A stretch of DNA of 64,000 nucleotides, taken from the IMG/VR virus record IMGVR_UViG_3300017987_005501, one strand, 5' to 3'. The notes beneath the pieces were generated by a model, which did not search any database, had not been told where the DNA came from, and worked only from the letters and a program-made list of their open reading frames with translations. The first letter of the stretch is position 1, and each line of letters starts with the position of its first letter. Shown here in pieces: positions 1-7,044 of this stretch. The translations under genes were made by a program, and so were the position numbers. The stretch comes from a virus. Its lineage: Duplodnaviria; Caudoviricetes.

Positions 1-1
1 T

Positions 2-760
2 TTATGATGTTAAGTCATCAAAATCTAAACTTTCAAAATCTTTCTCATTATCTTCCTCGTCTATGATAACAAAGTCTTCGTCCTCTTCATCATCATTTTC
101 GTCGTTTTCCCCTTCGTCATCCCCATCCGTCCCTATGGGTTCTTCGTTTTCTATCTCAATAACTAGATCATCTTCTTCATTAAGTAGGTCATCTGCTTCA
201 TCCTTCTTTGATTGCCCTTTAATTAAAGAAAGATCAGCGTCATTTAAACTTTCATCTACAAGGTCATCCCCGCTATCCTCATTTAGCCCTCCTCCAAGAT
301 TTTTAATTTGAAGATCCATTAAATGTATCATTCTATTAATATCAACCCTCGTATCCTTTAAGTTTGAGAGAGCATTCTCAATCGCTACACAAATCGCGTC
401 GATATCTAATAAGGATTGCTCTAATTCAATTAACTCCAAGATTTTTGCTTTTAAAAGGTTCTCTGCATAAGCCTCCCTTGCTGCTTGGCTTTTTTGTTTT
501 CGAACCTCTTCATTGGTTGCAATTAAAGTATTAAAGTCGAGTTTCTTCATACGTTTTTTTCCAGTTAGAATTCTTTTGGTTGAAACTCGAGCTCTATTAG
601 TCTCCCTTAATATATCTTCCAAAGTATCACATTTTTCTCTAACCTTCGCCAAAATATTATTTATATATTTTGGGCCCATTAAATAAGCATCTTTTGGTAA
701 TTTAACAGACGACTTGTCTAGGAGTTCGTAAATTTCGTCTATTCTTTTTGAATCCAACAT
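2..760 (-). CDS. Hypothetical helical/coiled-coil protein with a long acidic C-terminal tail (possibly a UvsY-like recombination mediator)
   Basis: Complete 252-aa ORF with phage-like composition and a D/E-rich tail, downstream of recD2. The UvsY resemblance is weak. Confidence 0.6.
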   Translation of the reverse strand: MLDSKRIDEIYELLDKSSVKLPKDAYLMGPKYINNILAKVREKCDTLEDILRETNRARVSTKRILTGKKRMKKLDFNTLIATNEEVRKQKSQAAREAYAENLLKAKILELIELEQSLLDIDAICVAIENALSNLKDTRVDINRMIHLMDLQIKNLGGGLNEDSGDDLVDESLNDADLSLIKGQSKKDEADDLLNEEDDLVIEIENEEPIGTDGDDEGENDENDDEEDEDFVIIDEEDNEKDFESLDFDDLTS

Positions 761-834
761 AAGAACCTCATGACTTCTTTTTATATTAATACAAATTTGT
801 AGCAGTTTTTATCTAATCTTTTATTTTTTGTCTC

Positions 835-3054
835 TTAAATGGGGCTCAACCTTTTTGACAATAAAGTATTTCTCTGATGCACTTCGTTGTTGTTAATCGC
901 TTCGTTGAACGCATTTTGGTCCCCGAAAATAATTACCTTCTTTTTAGCACGCGTAATTGCCGTATATAGCAGTTTGCGATATAACATTCTTCCGAATGTT
1001 TTCGAAATTGGCAATAATATGATATCATACTCGTTACCCTGTACCTTATGGATAGTTAAGCAGTAGGATAATTTTAAGTATTCCCGAGCTTCCGAGAAAC
1101 TAAACTCGATTTCCTTATTCGCATCGGTTATCCAAATAAATATTTTCTTATTTTCCTTGTCGAAATACCGGACAATCCCTTCTTCCCCATTAAAAACAAT
1201 CTTTTCATAATTATTTTTTGTAACAACAACTTTATCCCCTACTCTTAAGGAGAATCCTTGTAAATCAATTTCTTCATTATCAGCAGAAGGGGGGTTTATA
1301 ATTTCTCTTGCTTCCGCATTTAGACGATCAACCCCAATATCCGACCTATACATTGGGCTAATTAGTTGGATATCCTTATCCTTGAGCTGGCTTATAAACT
1401 TCTTAATCTTATTTAGTACCAGCAAATCATCTTTTTCTGAAATAAAGACAACATCACTTTTGCTATGCATCTCTTTTAGAGATGGAAATTCCCCTTTATT
1501 TAACTTATGTGAGAGCAAAATAATTTCAGAAGTATCTTCTTGCCTTAGAATTTCCGTTAATTTTGTAACATGAATAGCATTACTTTCAACTAGATCTCCT
1601 AATACATTGCCAGCGCCCACTGATGGAAGCTGGTCGGAGTCCCCAATCATAATTAGAAAACTTTGATCGGGGATTGCATCTAATAGATGATAGAAAACAA
1701 ATTGGTCTATCATACTTATCTCGTCTATAATAAATACATCTGCAGGGTATGGGTGTATGTGGTTAAAACCCCAAATAAAATCGTATTCTGGGTCTCTATC
1801 TGAATCATTCCCATCCCATCTTAAAGTTCTATGAATTGTTCCGCTATCTTCCCCCGTTAGTTGGTTTAGTTTCTTAGCAGCGATTCCAGTAGGGGCTAGA
1901 AGAGCATTTTTTAACCCTTTCTCCTTAAAAAATTGAACTAGGGCTTTAACTAAAAAGCTTTTCCCTGTTCCAGGATTTCCCGTTATAATCAAAACTCTAC
2001 TAGTTGCCATCGATAGAAGAGCGTCCCTTTGTTTTTTGGTGAAAGTAACTCCGTATTCCTTTTCATATGAATCGACCCAAGAGTTAATTTCCTTAGAGGT
2101 AAATGGAGACTCGAGATTTAAAAGTTGCCTAATTTTCTGAGCTGATTCCAACTCGGCTCTATGATTAAATTTTGGATAGATTAAGGTCTTATCTTTTAAG
2201 TCTTCCTTAAAGATTTTGCCTTCGGCAGCTAGTAGAGTTAATTGGTTTAGTAAGATCGGGTTTGTTAAATAGTACGGCTCGATTTTTTGAGAACTGAAAA
2301 ACTTTTTAATCCCTGATTTTAATTTTCCTACCGTAATATAAAGATGTCCTCCTTTAAAACAGGAATCCTTAAGCACTTGGAGAATATTTGCCCTTATCCT
2401 CTCTTCACAATTTAGGCTAAAATTAAGATCTTTTGCAATTGTATCAACTAAAGAAAAAGGGGACCCACAGATATCCACAAGCAAGTAGGGATTAGTCCGA
2501 ATAACCCTTTCAGAGCCATCCTTAAAAATATTATATATTTTTTTAATTGAATTGGTTGGGATATTATAGGTCTGCAAGAAAATGGATAAGTTATGAAAAG
2601 ACCTATTAATTTTCCATGCCTCGATTAAATCGTACCTTTTATTCTCTGAGAGTATTTCCGAATCTTCTAGTAATTCGGGGGATTGGTCAAGGATTTTAAT
2701 TAAATCTAAACCATACTCTTCTACTAAATTTTTAACCGTTTTATATCCGAGACCTTGAACCAGAGAAGTTATATATTTAACTAAACCTTCTTTTGTGTCG
2801 GGAGAAACCTCTTTATATTTTGAAACATTAAACTCCCAGCTCTTATATTTATCGTTAAATTCAAATTTTCCGTGGACCTCTATCCTAGCGCCTTTATATG
2901 GTTGTAACCCTGGGAAAAGCCCTTTTACCACAATTTTCTTTTTAAATTCCGGAACATAAAGTTTTAAAATATAATAATCAGTTTCTGGTTTAGTCTGTTT
3001 AGGAAACAAGACATAATCCAGCTCTCCAATACATTTTGTTTTTGTATAATCCAT
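835..3054 (-). CDS. recD2: RecD2/TraA-family SF1B helicase
   Basis: N-terminal OB and HhH-like region (VQGLGYKTVK), Walker A GNPGTGKS, LLAPTGIAA, IIDEISM, IGDSDQLPSVGAG, YCLTIHKVQGNEY, LLYTAITRAK. Confidence 0.92.
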   Translation of the reverse strand: MDYTKTKCIGELDYVLFPKQTKPETDYYILKLYVPEFKKKIVVKGLFPGLQPYKGARIEVHGKFEFNDKYKSWEFNVSKYKEVSPDTKEGLVKYITSLVQGLGYKTVKNLVEEYGLDLIKILDQSPELLEDSEILSENKRYDLIEAWKINRSFHNLSIFLQTYNIPTNSIKKIYNIFKDGSERVIRTNPYLLVDICGSPFSLVDTIAKDLNFSLNCEERIRANILQVLKDSCFKGGHLYITVGKLKSGIKKFFSSQKIEPYYLTNPILLNQLTLLAAEGKIFKEDLKDKTLIYPKFNHRAELESAQKIRQLLNLESPFTSKEINSWVDSYEKEYGVTFTKKQRDALLSMATSRVLIITGNPGTGKSFLVKALVQFFKEKGLKNALLAPTGIAAKKLNQLTGEDSGTIHRTLRWDGNDSDRDPEYDFIWGFNHIHPYPADVFIIDEISMIDQFVFYHLLDAIPDQSFLIMIGDSDQLPSVGAGNVLGDLVESNAIHVTKLTEILRQEDTSEIILLSHKLNKGEFPSLKEMHSKSDVVFISEKDDLLVLNKIKKFISQLKDKDIQLISPMYRSDIGVDRLNAEAREIINPPSADNEEIDLQGFSLRVGDKVVVTKNNYEKIVFNGEEGIVRYFDKENKKIFIWITDANKEIEFSFSEAREYLKLSYCLTIHKVQGNEYDIILLPISKTFGRMLYRKLLYTAITRAKKKVIIFGDQNAFNEAINNNEVHQRNTLLSKRLSPI

Positions 3055-3058
3055 ATTA

Positions 3059-3385
3059 TTATTCTAGTATCTGAAAAAAGAACCCTTCGAATTCAGAAAC
3101 CGGTATTTCCAAATCCCCAATTTTAAATACTAATAAATGGCGGTCGTTTCTAACTAATTCGTAGCGCGATTCGGATTGTTGCAACTGAATAGAATGATGT
3201 TTAAAAGCTTTAAATGTTAAAACTCCTTTTTTCTCAATGCGTTTTAGATGGGAATGTACTGCAGCATTTGTTATACTAAACCGTCTTGCTATTTCAGCCT
3301 GTGCCGGAGAGATACCGTTTTTTCTACGGTATTCCTTAATAAAATTAACAATTTCCTTTTGTCTTTTCGTTAAACTTCTTGCCAT
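3059..3385 (-). CDS. LexA-like winged-helix DNA-binding protein lacking the S24 peptidase domain
   Basis: LTKRQKEIVNFIKEYRRKNGISPAQAEIARRF...VHSHLKRIEKKGVL matches the LexA N-terminal domain. The protein is only 108 aa. Confidence 0.8.
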   Translation of the reverse strand: MARSLTKRQKEIVNFIKEYRRKNGISPAQAEIARRFSITNAAVHSHLKRIEKKGVLTFKAFKHHSIQLQQSESRYELVRNDRHLLVFKIGDLEIPVSEFEGFFFQILE

Positions 3386-3387
3386 TT

Positions 3388-4017
3388 TTAGGCCAAGCCC
3401 TCTTCTTTTAAGATTTCAACTATACAGTTATGAATCCTATCGGGGGTCGTATCATTATCTATTTCAATCACGGAGTGAGTTTTAAAAATACCTAGCGGGT
3501 ACGATTCACTCATTAATAATTTTTTATAATTGTCCCTCAACTGGACCATAAAATCTAGGCCCCTGGTCTCAAACCTATCTGTTTCCGAAACTCTATCTTT
3601 AGCAATATTGGGGTCTAAATCAAGATAAATTAAATGGTCTATTTCCCAATGCCGAACTAATTTCATATAAAAAGAGATTAAGGACTCTACCAGCGAAAGG
3701 CTAAATCCTTGATAACAAATTGTTGAGGCAATAGTCCGGTCTAGTATAAAAATAGTTCCTTCTTCTTCTTTTTGGCCCAACTTTAAAATACCATGTACAT
3801 GAGAAGCTAAAAATAAAGTTAGATCCGTTTCGTTAAAAATCTCTTCGTTATTAAGGACAATTTCCCTAATTTTTTCTCCTAATTTTGTATAGCCCGGTTG
3901 CCGAGCAATTATAACCTTATGCCCTAGCTTTTCGTAATAGGATTTTAACTTATTAATTTGAGTTGTTTTGCCAGACCCGTCTAATCCTTCAAAAGCGATG
4001 TATTTCGATTTTCGCAT
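3388..4017 (-). CDS. tmk: Thymidylate kinase
   Basis: YIAFEGLDGSGKTTQ P-loop, RQPG, ILDRTIASTICYQG, DRFETRGLDF. Confidence 0.92.
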   Translation of the reverse strand: MRKSKYIAFEGLDGSGKTTQINKLKSYYEKLGHKVIIARQPGYTKLGEKIREIVLNNEEIFNETDLTLFLASHVHGILKLGQKEEEGTIFILDRTIASTICYQGFSLSLVESLISFYMKLVRHWEIDHLIYLDLDPNIAKDRVSETDRFETRGLDFMVQLRDNYKKLLMSESYPLGIFKTHSVIEIDNDTTPDRIHNCIVEILKEEGLA

Positions 4018-4091
4018 TTTAATTCCATGTAAAAAAGATAAGTTTAGTATATAAATAATACCAAAGAAACCGTTAAAATAAGTAAAAGAAA

Positions 4092-4688
4092 ATGGATAAA
4101 AGATTAGTCCTAGTTGATATAGATAATTATCTAATAAGAAACAGTTTACAACTAAATCAATTTGCGCTTCAAAACCTTTTCAAGATTAAATTCCGGTTGA
4201 ATATTTGGAAGAAAATACAATACGAGGAAACCGATTCTTTTATCTTTCAAAAAATTTGTCAAACCTTTCAGCTAAACCTTTCAACGGAACAGTTATCTAA
4301 TCTAAAAAGAGATTATGTTCTCGAATTATTTAAGCTAATCAAGAATAATCGGAATTCGGCACAACTAGACCCCATCAGCTATAATAATATAAAAGAACTT
4401 CTTGAACAGAAAATTATTATAGGCAGTTTTGCTTCCAGCTTTTTCGATAATATTAGAATGAAGCTTATTCCCCTTAATATATTCCATCATTTCCAATTTG
4501 GGGCTTTCGGAGAAGACGCAACCTCAGTCACACAATTAATTGAAGTTGCAAAAGAAATCTTAAAAATCCAAACAAAAGAAACTTTTTCCGAAACGTACTA
4601 CTTATCTGAAAAAAATTATAAGGTAAAAGATATTCAGTGGCTTAATAATAACACTTTGGGTTCGATTTTACAAAAAAAAGAATTTTGA
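4092..4688 (+). CDS. HAD-superfamily-like protein (degenerate)
   Basis: N-terminal LVLVDIDNYLI (DxD motif I) and FQFGAFGED. The C-terminal motif IV is not evident. Confidence 0.55.
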   Translation: MDKRLVLVDIDNYLIRNSLQLNQFALQNLFKIKFRLNIWKKIQYEETDSFIFQKICQTFQLNLSTEQLSNLKRDYVLELFKLIKNNRNSAQLDPISYNNIKELLEQKIIIGSFASSFFDNIRMKLIPLNIFHHFQFGAFGEDATSVTQLIEVAKEILKIQTKETFSETYYLSEKNYKVKDIQWLNNNTLGSILQKKEF

Positions 4689-4823
4689 GAGTAAAAAACT
4701 TTTAATCCAAGATGTATTATTAGTGACTGAACGAGAACGCTATAAGCCATATGACCTAGCTCAAAGTAGCACTGTCCAAGGCCTAAAGCACATTTTTTAA
4801 CGTCCTAAAAAAGGAGAAAGCAG

Positions 4824-5537
4824 ATGTCAGATCTTATCAAACAAGCCGGTTTCGATGATGACGCAGTTCCAAGTTCCCGCCCAGATAATTACAAAGCAAA
4901 AGAAGGAAAGCAAGACCGCATTGCAATGGCATGGGTCGCAGATGAGATCAGTAAAAAAACTGGGAAAAGAGACCCTCAGTTTATTTTTGCTCCCACCTTC
5001 TATGTTCCAGGAAACGGTTATATCCTAGCCAAGCCTGGATTTGACAAGCTAATTGGGAAACAACCCAAGAAACGTTTTGCTACCGTCGTAATTGTTTACC
5101 AAACTGATAAGGAAGGGGAACTATTTAAGGATGAAGATGGAAAGCCTATTTTAAGCTATTCCATTAAGCCTTGGTTCTTCTCAGAGCAAAAGTATCGCGA
5201 TCTTAAGAGCCTGCACAATAAGTGGGATCTTTCCAAGCACGATCTTGATATTAGCTGTATTGAGGAACAATACCAGAATATCACCATCCAACCGCACCCT
5301 AATTCCTACCTAGAAAAGATGATGCAAAAAGAGAAGTATAAGGAAAAGTTAATGGCTCAAATTGAAGCCACTATTCAAACTCTTCCAAATTCTCTTGGTA
5401 GGGATTTAACAGAAGAAGAGCTTAGGGAAGATGTTCTTGAAGAGGAAGAGCAAAGTGTGACTGATGATAGCACTGAAGAATTTTCCAATTCGGACTCTGA
5501 TGAAATTATGAACGATATCCTTGACGATATTGAGTAA
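4824..5537 (+). CDS. Single-stranded DNA-binding protein (gp32-like, acidic tail)
   Basis: Aromatic-rich core (WFFSEQKY, KWDLSKHDL..C..EQYQNITI), very acidic C-terminus, AAGGAG RBS, recombination-gene context. Confidence 0.65.
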   Translation: MSDLIKQAGFDDDAVPSSRPDNYKAKEGKQDRIAMAWVADEISKKTGKRDPQFIFAPTFYVPGNGYILAKPGFDKLIGKQPKKRFATVVIVYQTDKEGELFKDEDGKPILSYSIKPWFFSEQKYRDLKSLHNKWDLSKHDLDISCIEEQYQNITIQPHPNSYLEKMMQKEKYKEKLMAQIEATIQTLPNSLGRDLTEEELREDVLEEEEQSVTDDSTEEFSNSDSDEIMNDILDDIE

Positions 5538-5551
5538 TAGTTTTTACCCCT

Positions 5552-5583
5552 AAAAAAAACTCAGCTTCGTGCTGGGTTTTTTT
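5552..5583. terminator. Bidirectional intrinsic terminator between convergent SSB and ruvC-like genes
   Basis: AAAAAAAACTCAGC-ttcgt-GCTGGGTTTTTTT: stem-loop with A-run on one side and T-run on the other. Confidence 0.8.
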
Positions 5584-6289
5584 ATCGTTTCCGTTCTTTT
5601 TTTGCCTTTTTAATATCTTTTGATTTGCGGCGGGCCTTAGAATCTGAGAACCGATAAAAATGTTCATACTCTCTATATAGAATACCTTCTTCTCCAACTT
5701 TGGGTTTTCCCGCCTTAATTCCCCTTTTATAATAAGGGCGGGCCGCAAAGGCTTCCTGTTCGACTTTTGTTAAATCTGAAACTTCAACTTTCTGATCATG
5801 TAGATTCCAAAAATTAGAAGCAAAATAAGAGACATGGAAAGCATCAGCAATGTCTCCTTGGATTTTAACACCGTTAATTACGGCTTTTTCTAATCCTAGT
5901 TTTTTCTTCATCGATTTAATCATATCACTTTTCGTAACTTTAGTGTTAGATGAAATTCTAGCGAGTTTTTTAAGTTGCATAGGGGCAAAATAAACGACAT
6001 CTACCTTCTTTTTAAATAACATTGATTTAATAAAAGAATACAAGGCAAACATATTTTCAGATTGGATAGCATGAAAAATGGGAGATTCTGATCCACACCG
6101 AACAATTTTATATTTTTTAATTAAGGCAGCTAGCTTTTTTGCGATTGTTTCATATCTCAAAATCTCAAGCATAGCTTCGCTTGTTTGGATTAACCCAACC
6201 TCGACTACCGACTCTGGTCCTGTTTTTTCATTATCTAAGACGCAAAAGCCAGTATTTGTTAGAGAGGGGTCAATTCCTAATATATGCAT
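5582..6289 (-). CDS. ruvC: RuvC-like Holliday junction resolvase
   Basis: ILGIDPSLTNTGFCV, ESP motif, APMQLKK, TKSDM, DIADAFH: RNase H-fold RuvC acidic residues. Confidence 0.8.
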   Translation of the reverse strand: MHILGIDPSLTNTGFCVLDNEKTGPESVVEVGLIQTSEAMLEILRYETIAKKLAALIKKYKIVRCGSESPIFHAIQSENMFALYSFIKSMLFKKKVDVVYFAPMQLKKLARISSNTKVTKSDMIKSMKKKLGLEKAVINGVKIQGDIADAFHVSYFASNFWNLHDQKVEVSDLTKVEQEAFAARPYYKRGIKAGKPKVGEEGILYREYEHFYRFSDSKARRKSKDIKKAKKERKR

Positions 6290-6361
6290 GCTTCTTCCTT
6301 ATAGGGTTCTTTATATATATTTACAGTTACAAAAGACTTTTCTTGGCACTCTTGTTTCTCC

Positions 6362-6427
6362 CATCTGGAACTTCCTCATGAAATTGACCATCATTACTAT
6401 CTTATTAATGATTTATATTGCTATTAG
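6362..6427. repeat. Left arm of a perfect 66-bp inverted repeat
   Basis: CATCTGGAACTTCC...GCTATTAG is the exact reverse complement of 6812..6877 (checked base by base). Confidence 0.97.
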
Positions 6428-6811
6428 CTAAATCGCTTTATGTAAACATAAAACAAGGAATATATATAAACATATATTCAATTTAAAAATAGGTTTAAAA
6501 ATAAAGGTTAATATGTTAAACTGCTTTTGGGGAATATAGAATGGCTTTAAAGTAAAATAAAAAAGTATTTTAAAATCAGGTTGAGTTTTCAGGATTTAAA
6601 TCTATTTGAACTATTTAAAAAAGATTTTCATCCCCATTGATCCGAAGACTCGCTTGTATAAAGATCTGAAGGTAGCGAAAATTAGGAATTAATATCCTGT
6701 CTAGGTCGTAATGCTCCTAGAATAAAAAAAGGCGCTGTTATACTGCAAGTTTAACTCCTGCTACCCTAAAAATCAACTGGAATAGCTTGCAGGCTACTAC
6801 TACTAATGGCA

Positions 6812-6877
6812 CTAATAGCAATATAAATCATTAATAAGATAGTAATGATGGTCAATTTCATGAGGAAGTTCCAGATG
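6812..6877. repeat. Right arm of a perfect 66-bp inverted repeat
   Basis: CTAATAGC...GGAAGTTCCAGATG is the exact reverse complement of 6362..6427. The spacer is 384 bp. Confidence 0.97.
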
Positions 6878-7044
6878 AAAATAATGGTACTAGCTTGGTT
6901 GAGAAGTTGGTTGAGAACCGCAAGTGGTTGTTTGATCCCAAAAGCATACCCTCAAAAACTTCCCATCTTAGGAATCAAAGCTCCCCTATCTTGTATTAAT
7001 AATTGTTATGTGCCGAAGTCTAAAATCACTTAGGAGACTAAATT

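Noticed and set aside
63-311. Ser-rich plus-strand ORF, and the many similar antisense ORFs (e.g. 12849, 14379, 47317, 58440, 62405)
   Set aside because: These are shadows of Glu/Asp- or Gly-rich codons on the opposite coding strand and lack RBS support.
6362-6877. MITE or IS interpretation of the inverted repeat
   Set aside because: Flanks show no target-site duplication and no transposase is present in the window.
6845-7033. 62-aa ORF overlapping the right repeat arm, and a protein-looking alternative frame (DSNDGQFHEEVPDE...)
   Set aside because: No convincing RBS; the alternative frame has no start codon after tandem stops; neither has a recognisable domain.
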